The notes under the pieces are model-generated. The model had not been told where the DNA came from. It saw nothing but the letters and a program-made list of their open reading frames with translations, and did not search any database. Made by a program: the position numbers and the translations under genes. Shown here piece by piece: positions 1-13,052 of a DNA stretch of 64,000 nt. Positions within the stretch are counted from its first letter, which is position 1, and every line of letters begins with the position of its first letter. The DNA is from Octopus vulgaris (lineage: Eukaryota). The stretch is taken from NCBI GenBank assembly GCA_951406725.2, contig OX597826.1, forward strand, positions 41,044,001 to 41,108,000, given 5' to 3'.

Positions 1-39
1 ATTGTCCACTGGTAAATGCATCAGTTCAGATTGCTGCAG

Positions 40-40
<1 letters not shown>

Positions 41-86
<46 letters not shown>

Positions 87-250
87 GTAATAATGTAGTA
101 GTAGTAGTAGTAGTAGTAGTAGGAGGAGGAGGAGGAGGAGGAGAAGAAGAAGAAGAAGAAGAAGAAGAAGAAGAAGAAGAAGAAGAAGAAGAAGAAGAAG
201 AAGAAGAAGAAGAAGAAGAAGAAGAAGAAGAAGAAGAAGAAGAAGAAGAA
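41..250. repeat. Compound trinucleotide microsatellite (AAT)n-(GTA)n-(GGA)n-(GAA)n
   Basis: Directly visible; explains the poly-N/V/G/E and poly-L/F ORFs in the track. Confidence 0.97.
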
Positions 251-259
251 ACAACAACA

Positions 260-1166
260 AAAGCTGTAAAACAACAGAAATCCAAACTAAAACTGGAACA
301 GCAACAGATCATGATAAACCGATGGCAAGAAAAGCTTCTTCATGGCAAATACTGGATTAAACTAAATGCAAAGAAATAGACAAAGCAAAATCCCAGCAAT
401 GGTTGAGAAGCTCAGGACTCAAAGCAGAGACTGAAGGATTTTTAACTGCAGCACAACACCAAAGCCTCCCCACCAGAAATTACCAAAAACATATAATGAA
501 AAGAAATATAACAAGTAACTGCAGAATATGTGACAAGAAACAATAAATCATATTGTCTCTGGCTGCATAGTCTTGACTAAGAAGGAATATATTCACAGAC
601 ACAACAGAGTTGGGACCTACATCCACTGGAAGCTATGCCAACATTATGGAATAACAACAGAAAAAAGATGGTATAGGTACTCACAAGAAAAGGTCACAGA
701 AAATGAGAAAGCAACAATACTATGGGATATGCCAATACACACAAATAGAGAAATTAAGGCCAACAGACCAGATATCATCAAAGAAAAAAATGCTTTCTAA
801 TTGATGTATCAATACCAACAGATGATATTTCTCTATAAAATACAAAGATCTGGAAATAGAGGTAACTCAAATGTGGAATCTAAAAACAGAAACAATTCCT
901 CTCATAGTGGGTGCATTAGGTATGATAAAAAAAATATTCAGACAAATACATAACAAAAACACCAGGACTAACAAATATATATAACGTACAGAAAATAGCA
1001 ATACTAGGCACCACACACATCCTACATAAAACACTTTCAATACAGTAACTATAAGAACATCACAACAAACTACAGCACATACCCAAAGCACACACATAGA
1101 GCTGCGCATGATAGCATGGTGAAAGCAAATTATAAAAACAAGACTACTGAATAATAATAATAATAA
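260..1166 (+). mobile_element. R4/Dong-clade non-LTR retrotransposon, decayed 3' part (zinc-knuckle and restriction-like endonuclease region)
   Basis: Broken frames give WLRSSGLKAETEGFLTAAQ, CRIC, YIHRHNRVGTYIHWKLC, ILWDMPIHTNREIKANRPDII and IPLIVGALG; ends in a (TAA)n tract at about 1150-1166, typical of Dong. Confidence 0.8.
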
Positions 1167-1529
1167 TTTCTTTTTATTTGCCACCAGGGTGAAGGATGAG
1201 GAGGTCAATACAAAGACATACATTAAGTATGGAGATTTACATATAATGAAATGAGAGAAAAATGCGTATATAAATGTATAGAAAGTATTCACAGTATACA
1301 ATAAGACGGAGTAACGAAGCATACACAGCATACAATAGTAAAAATGAAAAATAAAGGGGAGATGATGATAGTGATGTGGCCCTCCTAACACAGGAGGACC
1401 TCTAGGAATAATGGAAGAACCCCACCATCCAAAATCTCCCTGAACATCAAAGACAATTACAGTCTCCAATTCCTGTTCTCTAACTCACAGCTCTATACTT
1501 AGTGTGGTACCATCCACTCTTGCCATTTT

Positions 1530-2465
1530 TGCAACTTTCATCCACTTTCCAATAAATTCACTTGAGAACAGCACCTTCCTCACCACCCTCACTTTCCCTT
1601 TCAAGTGAAACTTGAAAAAGTCAATAAGTTCAAAAGTGGAAAGTCTCTGTTCACAAGCCTTTCAGCCTTATCCACCAGACAACCCTGTTTGCCACTGTCA
1701 TCAAGCAGGAAAACTGCCTTACCTGCCTGATTAGAGGAAATCAGGGGAGCAATCCTCACTATAGACTCAACCAACAAATGAATCCATCCCACACACAACA
1801 ATAGCTGTTTGACATAACTGCACAGGTCAGCAATGCCTGAACATTGAATGAGGGCATGCAGAACAGTTTCGTTGCTCTGTGCATCAGTCCAACATCCCAA
1901 GATGCTATCTAACAGCATTGACCTGCCTCTCCAGGTGCTCAGCCACAAACCCACTGACTTGTCGGATTTGATATTGGCCCCTGCAACAAACTCATATTCC
2001 TTTAGAACAGTGCCAACCATCTCCACATTGGTGGCATTTGACACCATGATGGTGACATCATCTGCATATGCTGACACTGACATTTCCAGCTCAAAAGGGA
2101 CACCCCTTAACTGTTTCAATTTCTGCAGCAGTGGCTCAAAAGCCAGCACATACAGAAGAGGTGATGGACCAAGCATGTAATGCAAAATGGTTCCAACAGG
2201 TGGGCAATTCCTATGACCACTGAGCAGGCGTCACTGTGAATTGCAGCAATCCAGCCTCTGGAAATGGTTCAAAAACCACCTGTTTTCAGGACAGTTTCAA
2301 TGTAGTGATGGTCGACCCTATCAAATGCTCTAGATTGATCCAAATGGATTGGGGCCCCACTGAAGCCAGCTTTAGTCCTAGCCCCCTCTATGATGTATCA
2401 TATAAGGTGGAGGTTGCCATGGATAGACTTCTTCAGGATTGCACATGTTTGTGCTTCCCTGACCA
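1530..2465 (-). mobile_element. L1/Tx1-like LINE reverse transcriptase remnant
   Basis: ORF 1601-2185 contains SPLLYVLAFEPLL and SAYADDVT (RT catalytic YADD), then a HALIQC zinc-knuckle-like piece; internally deleted. Confidence 0.75.
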
Positions 2466-2499
2466 GACTATTTTCATGACAGCAACAACAACAATAATC

Positions 2500-3200
2500 T
2501 GAAATTTGGGGGAGAAGTCTAGACGATTACAACCTCAGCAGAGTTTGAACTAAGAACATAAAGACAGAAGAAATGAAACTAAGCATTTTTTCCAACATGT
2601 TAATGATTCTGCCAGATCAATGCCTTATTAATAATAATAATAAGGGTTTCAAATTTTGCCACTAGGGCAGCAATTTTGGGAGAGGGGATGAATTGATTAC
2701 ATCAACCCCAGTCTACAACTAGTACTTATTTTATCAACTCCAAAAGGATGAAAAGCGAAGTTAATCTCAGTAGCATCAGAACTCAGAAAGTAAAGAGGTA
2801 GAAGAACTGTTGTTAAAAACCTTACCTAGCTTACTAACAACTTTGCTGGCTCACTGCCTTAGTAATAACTATTATCATTCCTACTATAGGCACAAGGCCT
2901 GAAATTTTGTAGAAGGGGGTTAGTCAATTGCATGAACCCCAGTATTCAACTAATATTTGTTTCATTAACTTCGAAAGGATGAAAAGCTAAATTGACCTCA
3001 GCAGAATTTGAACTCAGAATATAAAACTAAAAGAATTGCTGCTAAGCATTTTGTCCAGTAAGCTAATGATTCTACTAGCTCACAATAATAATAATAATGG
3101 TTTCAAATTCTTGACACAAAGCAGCAAATTCAGGGAAGGGGGCTAGTCAATTACATCGACCCTAGTGCTCAACTGGCACTTATTTTTTTTATCAACCCCC
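2500..3200 (-). mobile_element. Cluster of decayed tRNA-derived SINE copies (family with the CCTTTCATCCTTTCGGGGTCGATAAA-type core), separated by (TAA)n
   Basis: Repeated gaaaggatgaaa..gacctc..gaatttgaactcagaa motifs match the intact copy at 28192-28423. Confidence 0.75.
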
Positions 3201-3722
3201 AATAATAATAATATGGTTTTGATGCATGTGCCTTGTGTACCCTTATCAAACAAGTAGTCATACATTGGGCTTTGTATATTTGTATCTCAGTGTCACTTTA
3301 ATAGCACTGCCCTCTCACTCAATAATAATAATAATAATTTAAATAATAATAATAATAATATTAGTAGTAGTAGTAGTAGAAAATATAAAAAAACAAAACA
3401 CTGCATGTATCCAGTAGGCGATGAGCTGTGCTTGGATGTGAAATAAAAGCATGCAATAAAAATAAACTACTGAAAAAAAAATCAATAATATTCAGGAAAT
3501 GAATTGTGACTTGGTGGTCACTAAGGAAGCTGGGTGGGTAGCATAATGGCTTTAAGGGCTGTACTAGACACATGCAGAAATACAGACATCAAAGTCAATA
3601 ACAAATCCATATGGTATACCAAATGGAAAGCAAACTGATGATGATGATGATGATTTCAAATTTTGGTACAAGAAGAGCATACTGGTATTATATTTTACTG
3701 ACCCGACTAAAAGATAAAAGGC

Positions 3723-3950
3723 TTAACCCTTTAGCATTTAAACAGGCCATATCTGATCAAAATATTCTACGTCTTACGTTCAAACTAGCAAGATCTAGCC
3801 TCTCACACTTACCCCACAATGTCATTCTAAAGTTAAACATTCACATCATCAAAATTTCATAGATACAAGATAAGGCATCACGTAAATTCAAAATAATGTG
3901 AATAAATAAGCATTACATTTGGCAGAGTAATCTGAATGTTAAAGAATTAA
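3723..3950. mobile_element. piggyBac-type MITE (TTAA-CCCT termini); related copies near 31297-31524, 34090-34315, 45620-45830, 53226-53450 and 58602-58800
   Basis: TTAACCCTTTAGCATT...AATGTTAAAGAATTAA with TTAA at both ends; the internal sequence recurs through the window. Confidence 0.7.
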
Positions 3951-5164
3951 GTTTATGATATTAGGATATAGTTCAGACAACAAACAGATGCTACCAAATA
4001 TTGTAAGACATTTTGTCTGTCACTCTATTAATTCTACCATGATGATGGTGGCAGTGGTTTTGGTAATGGTAGTGTTGGTGGTGGTCGTGATTTCTCTCAT
4101 TAACCTGAAGCCATATTACATATATTTGATTCAGGTTCTTGCATCAACCTAAAATACTGGTTTCAAATTTTGGTACAAGACCAGCAGGTTTGACGGAGAG
4201 GGTAAGTCAATTACGTCAATCCCAGTGTTCAACTGGTACTATTTTATCGATTCCAACAGGACCAAAGGCAAAGTTGACCATGGCGGAATTTGAACTCAGA
4301 ACATGAGGACAGACGAGAGCTGCTGACAGACAGTTGTATCTACTCTGATACAACAATCTTCACTTCTACATTTCATCTCAGATAAAATTTCTTGCCAAGC
4401 AGGAACAATAACAAAAGAGACATTCCGAGCAAAAGATCCAGATAAACTCTGATCAAGCAGACCTAAGGTCAATGCAGTTCTATGACCATCTCATCTTTCT
4501 ATATATTAATGACTATACTATTCAATATATCCTTCTTTTTCGTCAAGACTGCAGAATGCGATTTGATCGCGATTTACTTTTTTTCTCACAGGTTCAGAAC
4601 TGCATAGAGGCTCCTTCATTAGATCGATCCTAACAGTTATTGATACGTTGGTGTTAAGAATTTAAAAATGATTTTAAATAAATATAAATACAGTAACCAA
4701 CAAAATACGATTAATTGCGTGAAATACCTAATAGATAAAATTTGATAAACATTGTCTGTTAGACAAGTAAGTTCCAACCAGTGTTCCCCAATGATGATAC
4801 ACACACAGATGCAACTGGATAAAACATAAAATAGAAAGATGCCCAAGAAAATGCATTTTCTTTTTCAATATGTAATTTAAGGAGGGGCAAAAACAACATC
4901 AAGAATACAAAATGTTATGACACCTGTTGTTGCTTAGTATCAAGTAAATCATAAGCAGATCAATGGTATTCCTGCCGTGACTTATACCGTCTGTTTTTTA
5001 GACAGTGTATCTAGACCACACAATCCTACATGACCCCTTCTATAAGACAAGATATGATTTGAAGGAGATTTGATTATAATTTCTAGTAGGTTAAAGTTAC
5101 CAAATACATCAGTTTCTCGATCCTTTCTCCTCCCACATCACACTTCAGTTTTCAAAAAAAAGCG

Positions 5165-5569
5165 GGATCTTTTCGGTTTGAACGGCAGTTTTCTCTAGCT
5201 GTGTCATATGAAATTGTCACCCATAATTATGACCCTAGTATCAATCTATTGCATTTCAATCTGTTTTAGGGTTGGGTTAGGGGGGGAGGGTATCTTTTTT
5301 TCTTCACAAATGTAAATAAACCCAATCTGTTTCTTAAACGAGGGACATATTCATTCGGCACAGAATGTTTGTTTTTTTACCTCAATAGACGTCATTGATT
5401 GGTTGAAATTGAAGAAAAAACAACAAATATCTTACAAACTATAGAATTTTCTCAATAAAGCCAAGAGAAAAAGATGTTTTATAAACACATTCTACCAGTA
5501 TACGAAGTTTAAAATTTTTTAGTTACCTAGAAATTATGTTAAAAACTGCCGTTCAAACCGAGAAGATCC
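5165..5569. mobile_element. MITE with 28-bp terminal inverted repeats
   Basis: GGATCTTTTCGGTTTGAACGGCAGTTTT pairs with AAAACTGCCGTTCAAACCGAGAAGATCC (1 mismatch); no clear TSD. Confidence 0.85.
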
Positions 5570-6160
5570 AAACATTATCCTAAAATAAATTTTAAAAATC
5601 CCATCACCTTCGAACGATGTCAGGACAAATTTCTTCAAGGGATGGATACCGGACAAGCCACCTACATCTCAGTCAACAACTTCCAACTTGAATGAGCTAT
5701 GATACCACAAAACTTGACTTTAAATGACTTAATAGATTCCATCAGGTGATACTATTAAGTTAAACGTGGCCTGGGCCAATTTGGCCGAAACATATCAAAG
5801 TGTATTAAATGTATGTATATATTATCGAGCAAGTGTTATTCACTTGTTACATATGCCCCACCAAAATACTGTCACAGCCCTCCGGTGGGGCGCCCCGTCT
5901 TAAGAAACATTGATAAAGATGCTAGTTCATTATCTAGTCACGACACATTTAAAATTAAGGGAAAATTCATATCAAAAGTTGGCGCGCTCATTTGTAAAAT
6001 AAATTGTTGTCTTGAGATTTCGAAACAAGACATCATTGACTTCAAAAATTCAACAGGTAAAAACATGAAGAAGTTTGGATCCAGAACAAATTACTAATCA
6101 CCACTGCAACTACGACCATCATTGCAATAAGAAAACAAGGTAACTGATTAGTCTCTATAT

Positions 6161-6303
6161 CAATCTAGGGCAAACTACGGTCCGCGGGACTTTCTGAATG
6201 GTGCATTTAATATAAAATTACTTTTAAATTTTAGTAGTGTTGCCGCCTGATGATGAACCACATTTCGTACGAGCCGCTTCTCGAGAAAGGTTGCCCATGC
6301 CTG
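6161..6303. mobile_element. Short hAT-type MITE with 8-bp TSD
   Basis: CTCTATAT at 6153-6160 and 6304-6311; degenerate termini CA..GGGCAAA / GTTGCCC..CCTG. Confidence 0.7.
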
Positions 6304-7439
6304 CTCTATATAGCTAGACCTGCTAGAAATAGTACCCAAACTCACGAACCATTATTAATGTCTTTAAAAAGGAGGCCACAGGTGTACCCCTAATTTACAC
6401 AATGCATATAAATAGGACGAGATCGTAACAACTGTATTGTCTTTAATCATAGGTCTACTGGCTTAGGGTTGACCTGGGGCCGAAGTACATGGACAATCAA
6501 TTTGCTAGAAATAACTCCCAAGTCTTCCTACCAATACACAACCTGACGTTTTAAAGCGAAGGACATGGGACATATTATATAATGTAATACTGGGCACATT
6601 GATATAAACAAAAGCAAAAAGCTGTAATGGTCTACGGGATCGGGTCTGACTCGTGGCTAAACAAGTGTACAGTAGTTTCACTAAGTTTAGTTAATGATTT
6701 GGCAAAAGTTCAGATTGAAGAATTAAGACAAGTACATTTAGATAAACAATCCAAGTATGTATGTATGTATGTATATATATATAGTCTCTGGTGGAAATGT
6801 ATTTAATAGCACTGGTTTGTCATATATATATATATATATTTGATGTTGGAAATGATTTTAAATAATTAAAAAAAAAGTTATGACAAAAAGAACGATGGGA
6901 AAACAACAATAAACAGAGAGACATCAGCTGGAAGAAATGTTTTCTCCTCAGAAATAAATCTAAACTCGTAAGTTGAGAAGGTATAAAACATAAATGGTAA
7001 GTAATTGATAAATTAGGGCTTGATGGTATTAAATAAAAGTAATTAAGGCAAATACAGTTGGTGAGTGAAGTGGAATAAAGGGCAAAGCATGAAGAAATCT
7101 GTGTTTATAAATGGAACAACGATGAGTGATGTGAAACACCATCAATATTATTGTTTTAGTCAGCTCTGAGAGAGATTGAAGAAGAATAGTTAAGTTAGGG
7201 GTGAGACAGTTTGAGAGGATTATTATGGAGCGAAGAAATAAAATCTGTTGTTGTCTGTGTGTTTTGTATTTGATTGTTAATTGTTATGGGCTTTACTTAT
7301 AAAATTGCGAGGAAAAAATTATTGAGAAAAGAAGTTGAAAGCAGAGAAAACAGAGCCAGAATGAATGCTCACCGTCAAATGACTTAGCTTTTATAACACT
7401 AACCAGATCGGTGTGTGGAAGGATACCTTGCACCCAGCA

Positions 7440-7510
7440 TGCATCAGTTAACCACGTGACTCACTCCGTCCAATCATATCATTCGTAATCGGTCGACGGA
7501 AGTTTAGTTT
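7440..7510. promoter_or_regulatory. Candidate (bidirectional) core promoter
   Basis: Motifs clustered in a locally CpG-rich patch: E-box CACGTG 7453-7458 overlapping TGACTCA 7457-7463, CCAAT 7470-7474, ETS CGGAAGT 7497-7503. Confidence 0.5.
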
Positions 7511-8858
7511 CACTACTAAATAAAAAAATTTTCTGTACTGGTTCTACCTCAGTGTTGTTAGTTTTACTACAGCTTTCTTTAACGTATTTTGTTATTTAAC
7601 TCTTTTGTTTATTATTAATTAACTGAGTATACCTAAGATCAAAGACAAGCCAGTCGTAACCATCCATCACATCTATAAACAGATATCCAGGACTGGTGCT
7701 TCTAGCAGGTTGAGCGACCACATACGAGCTCCCTCATTGGTTGATATACATATATTAATTCAGTCCCAGTTATTCTATGGTCAACCTGGTCTTTCCCTAA
7801 CCTTTATAGAAGTATATATAAGTGCATATTTCGTAAACTCTCCCTGTATATCTAGGACTACATTATCTTTTGTCTTTTTCTTTTCTTTAACACTAGGATA
7901 TGATTTTGGCTGCTATTTCTAACGGGTAGCTCAAATGTATATGGACAACCACTGTCAAAATCCATCGAAGGCGTTCTAGCTGTAATCATCATCCTATCTT
8001 GTTTTTATTTTTATCATAGTGGGATCTTGTTCGTTTTCTTGCAACCACTTGAAGATTTGTTTAAATCACAATGGATGCAGGACCACATTATATAATGTCA
8101 TTCCATTTTAAAAATATAGTGCTCGAATCGGAAGGATTTTAACTGCTATTTCTAGCAAATCTTGCGACTAGGTAGTTTCGCCGCCGTTGATGTTTGGCTC
8201 GTAAAATGTTTATTGATGACCGATTTGTTGGGTTTTTTTCTGTTGAACTTAACGGTGCGTTCTATGATTTATATTTCATTCCTGCATCGTTAACATAAAT
8301 CACATTCTATTTCTATTCACTATACATAGATATTAAATCCCTCCCTCACTTTCATACTCCCTATACAGATAATTTATTAAACTTCTGTCGTTATTATTTA
8401 CATTTGTGATATTCGTCACAATGTACAAAATTAAAAGCAAAAACGGTTTAAAGTAAACAGTTATTGCATTCAAGTTATGTGATTGTTAAGTTTGTTTTTC
8501 AAGCACATGGTTCGGGGTTCGGTCCCACTTTGCGACACCTATGATAAGTATCTTCTACCATATCGTTGGGCTAACCAATAAATTTCTTGTGGGTGGAATT
8601 TTGCAAACTAAACCTCATTGTGTGTAAAAATGTGTACGCGCGTCATGTAATGCGATTTGAATTTAAATCGCACGACAAAAATAAAACTATTTAGAAATCT
8701 GTATAATCCTGTATATCCAAAGGAAAACTGAAGTGTAATATTATAGGTTGAATTTCATTTAATTAAAATCTACAATCGTGTAAGTCTCGAAGTATATAAA
8801 GTAAAGCAGGACAGTTTGTTTACATAATAGTTATATAAGCTCTCGTTTTCTTTTGCTT

Positions 8859-9119
<261 letters not shown>

Positions 9120-9455
9120 GTGTGTGTAGGGAAGGAGAAAGGTTACGTGATGAGGTGACACTTATGCTTTTCCGCACGTTCAAGCTGTGATAAGGAGTGT
9201 TGTTATAGTCTGAGTTTCATTTGATTAAAATGTACAATCGTGTAGGCCGCAAAATATATGTAAAAAGCAAAGCAGGACAGTTTGTTTACATAATTATATA
9301 AGCAAGCTATCGTTTTATGTGTGGAGGGAGGGATAGAAAAAAAAAGTTAAATCTTTTAATGTTAGCAATAAAGATTACTAGAGTTACGTCCCTTGCACAC
9401 TGACGACCTTCAGTGGTTTTGTGTAAGCAGCATTGATTCCCTCCACTCAGATGAG

Positions 9456-9649
9456 ATGGCCTTCATTCACCGCACTGCTTATAGCATAACACTCCAGCTT
9501 TGGGCTAGACAACGGCCCCAATGTTGCCATAGATTTTATGCTTCCCTCACCAAAAAACAGAAAGAACATTTAGCAAGCGGTCCGGATTTAGCTGATTTCA
9601 TCTTAGATGACGAGCCTCAAAAAAATATCCACAGGAAAAAAGGTGAAAG
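9456..9649 (+). CDS. LIAS: Lipoyl synthase, mitochondrial - coding exon 1
   Basis: MAFIHRTAYS...LASGPDLADFI...RKKGE; GPDL.DF is the conserved LIAS N-terminal block; donor AAG|GTAATT at 9650, phase 2. Confidence 0.88.
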
Positions 9650-11079
9650 GTAATTGTTTGCTGTCCACTTTTATTTACCGATTAATTCCTTTTAAGAATA
9701 TTAGTCCCACAGTCCTATGTATGGGGACATGGATAAGTTGCTGTAAAATTGCTCTGTTATTTGATAGAAATACTCAAGAGTTCAGAGATACCTTTGTTGT
9801 TTATATTTTGCTTATATAAAGAAGGCTTTGATGTGAAACGAGATCGTGTACGACATCGTAAATGATGAAATATGTAATCTTTATCTTATCTATGGTCATT
9901 CATCTACACAAGTCACGTTTTGCTTTATATAGCTTGTGTACACATTACATAACGCCGAGATATTTTTTAAGGCCAAAACTAATAATGCCATTCCTTGTCT
10001 ATGTGTGTGCCTGTTCTCTTTTTATGTATTTATGGGTTGTGTAAAATCCGCAAAACATTCTTGAATTTTAAATTAGACAGTATAATACTGCCTAACGCAT
10101 TTTATGAAATTCATAAAAGCATTGTCTCTGTTGTATCGTCGACAGCTAAACTCGAACAGATACGTTGAAGATAACGCGTTTGATGCATAAACTTCGATTC
10201 TGTTTTCTGCTTGGAAATTTGCGGGTTTTACATACACATGAAGCAGGCCAGAAAAAAATATACAAGGCTTTTTTCTTAAAGTTTAAAATAAGATATTGCT
10301 TGCATGACTTCGAACCCATAAATACATAAAAACAGAATAGACATACACGCAACCCATTAACTTTCTTCTCCTGCTCCCATTTCGGCAACTCGTTTGGCAC
10401 AGAAATACCCGAAGTCGTCGAGTTATATCGAAGGAATGCCGTACTAATGTTCTAAGGCATCTCCTAAAAGATTTTCAACGGAAGTGACTGACCATTTGGT
10501 GCTATATTTACTCTACGATGAGAAGTCCACTCCGGACTCTTATTTGAACCACAGTCAGTACAGGATGAAATAAATGAATGAATTATAAAGGAAGTTATAT
10601 AATCGCATCTTCCTGACAAGCAATAAATTCGAGTTGTTTCGGCTGTAAGGAACCGTGCACCCAGAATCGATTGAATGATGGACGAAGTACGCTTGCGGTA
10701 TTTAGCTGAAGAACCTAATTACGTAACCCTTATTCCTTTCTGAATCGTTTATTAATTGATGGATAGACAGAGAGAGAGACTTGCATGTGTTGAATTAGCA
10801 AGTAGTAGTGTAATTGGGAACGCATCTGACAATTCGATTTCTGATTTCTCTCTCTCTCTCTCATATGTGAGCCACTTGTAGAAGAGTATGTCTAGGAGTA
10901 TATAATGTAATATCATTTCCCTATTTAAGGGAAATAATATTCCCTTTTTGCTGAACCACTCAGTTATGCAAATATTAAAAAAAACAGCACTGGTTATCAA
11001 GCAGTAAGCATAGAAACACGACATTCATGCATACATACATACACACACACACATACATACAAACATGTGTGCGTGGTAG

Positions 11080-12160
11080 CTGTCCTCCTTATTAGTTTCC
11101 ATTAGAGCTGTCTCTATGATGGTCTCTATGGCATTCGTTACTCTACTAACTTGGTTATTATTACACTGCTCCAGCCAGAACAGGCGAAACTTGGGTTGGA
11201 AGGCATCAGCCAGTTGGCACTCCAGGTGTTCTAGGAGGAGCCCAAACCTTTTCGTGATGCCTGCCAGTATTGCATCTACTAGAGGACTGCAGTACAGGAG
11301 ATGTTTGAACTTAGTCTCCTTCAACTTCATAACAGTAGCCACTACAGTTGGCAGAAGATTCCAAAGATAGGCCTGGTCCTCCCCTTGGATTTTATTCAAG
11401 GCTTTGGCAACATTAGACATCACCTGGGCATACTCTGTCAAGAAGCTGTCATCAGAGTTAGTGAAGGTCTGCAGCTTCAGCTGTGTCAACACCTTGTGGA
11501 CAGCTCCGCTATTCTTCTCCAGCAGGTTGTTGAGGACAAGAGTCATTGGAAGAGTTCCATCTGGTACTGTTGGGGACCACCATCATCCTCTTCAATGCAT
11601 CCAGAACGCTGTTTGCCGCCACCGTGCTGTGGCTCTGCAGATTCCACAGCTGTTGTGCCTTGGACATGGCCTTCCTGTTGGCCAACTTGAACAAAGTGTT
11701 GTGAAGAGCCTTGTCAGCATCCATGCTGACTACCAAATTGAAGGTATGGGCTGCACATTTCATGTGCACTGGCAGGTTGAGGGCCAGGCCACTGGACTCA
11801 TCAAGGGCAGCATCAATAGAGATGTACTCAAATTTGTCCACATCCCCAGCCTCAAGATCCACATCCTCAACACTCTCCTTGTCTGGTTTAGCAGCAGCCT
11901 CAGGAATGTCTGACAAGGGTTCAACTTCTGTACCAAACTGCATAAATGCCTTGACAAAATTTTTGCCGATGTCCATCATTGTCCTGGTCACCTTGTCTTG
12001 CAGATGGAACTTGTAATGGGTGTCCATCATGGCTTGGGTGAGAACATCAAAGGTGTGATGTCTTCTGCGGCAAGAGCAGGCCAGGACAGCGTGTTGTTTC
12101 ATGCAGGTCTTGAGGTTCAGCCAGTGTTCCATCATCCTCAGGTAGGACTTGTTGTGATCA
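11080..12160 (-). mobile_element. hAT-superfamily transposase remnant (frameshifted) in LIAS intron 1
   Basis: ORFs 11509-12342 and 11025-11546 give CAAHTFNLVV, PNSTRWNS, ALNKIQGE and FQPKFRL, all hAT motifs; frameshift near 11540. Confidence 0.85.
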
Positions 12161-12511
12161 TTCCCAGTGCTGCCTGAATGGCTTCCGTGCAGGTGGCACA
12201 TAAAAAGTACCATTCGAGCATGATCGTTGCCAGTGCTGCCTGACTGGCTCCTGTATCGGTGGCACATAAAAAACACCATTTGAGCATGGCAGTTGCCAAT
12301 GCCACCTGACTGGCCCTCATGCTGGTGGCACATAAAAAGCATCTACTACACTCTTGGAGTGGTTGGCATTAGGAAGGGCATCCAGATGTAGAAACTTTGC
12401 CAGATCAGATTGGAGCCTGGTGCAGCCTTCTGGCTTGCCAGCCCACAATCAAACCATCCAGCCCATGCCAGCATGGAAAGCGGACATTAAACGACAAGGA
12501 TGATGATGATG
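12160..12511 (+). mobile_element. RTE-LINE 3'-tail-derived repeat ending in (GAT)n; other copies at about 14460-14722, 20170-20400, 30105-30458 and 59560-59820
   Basis: Shared gagtggttggcattaggaagggcatccag...gcatggaaagcggacgttaaacgatgatgat sequence. Confidence 0.8.
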
Positions 12512-12730
12512 ACACACATACATATATGCATGTATGCATGCGCACATGCACACACACACTCACGCATACATAAATACAAACAAACAAAATTTCAAACTGA
12601 ACTGTGACTTAAACACAGTTGTGTCGTCGCTACCTATCAACAAATGGCTGTAAGTGATTTATCATTGAACAGACACGTGTACAGTAGAAAGACAGATTGA
12701 ACAAGCAAACAAATTGGTATTGGTTTAAAA

Positions 12731-13052
12731 CAGGCCTGGCCAACTTGAATTACATTGCAAGCTACTTTAATCACAGAAAATCTTTTGAGGGCTGCTTGTA
12801 TACTCTATGCACTAATAGTCAAATAATCAAATTACAGAATCAAGAATTTTTTCATACTTTTCATTTGTTTAAAATTATAAAATTGTAGGCTATTGCTTTA
12901 TTGCCACTTATAAATTTTAAATTTATTTTGAAACAAATGTTTTACACAAACAATTTTATTTTGAAATTAAACACAATACTCCAAGAAAGTATCAAGCAGG
13001 CTGCAAGATAAAAGTCTGTGGTCTGCATGCAGCCCGTGGTTGGCCAGCCCTT
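12731..13052. mobile_element. hAT/Charlie-type MITE inserted into an older inverted-repeat element
   Basis: Termini CAGGCCTGGCCAAC / GTTGGCCAGCCCTT; 8-bp TSD GTTTAAAA / GTTTAGAA; flanks TTGGTATTGGTTTA ... TAAACCAATACCAA are inverted. Confidence 0.65.

Noticed and set aside
2-379. 125-aa low-complexity ORF and overlapping minus-strand ORFs
   Set aside because: Translation of microsatellites plus the start of a decayed LINE; not a gene.
11509-12342. 277-aa ORF as a domesticated ZBED-like gene
   Set aside because: Its start lies in an RTE-tail repeat, and the transposase part is frameshifted and truncated.
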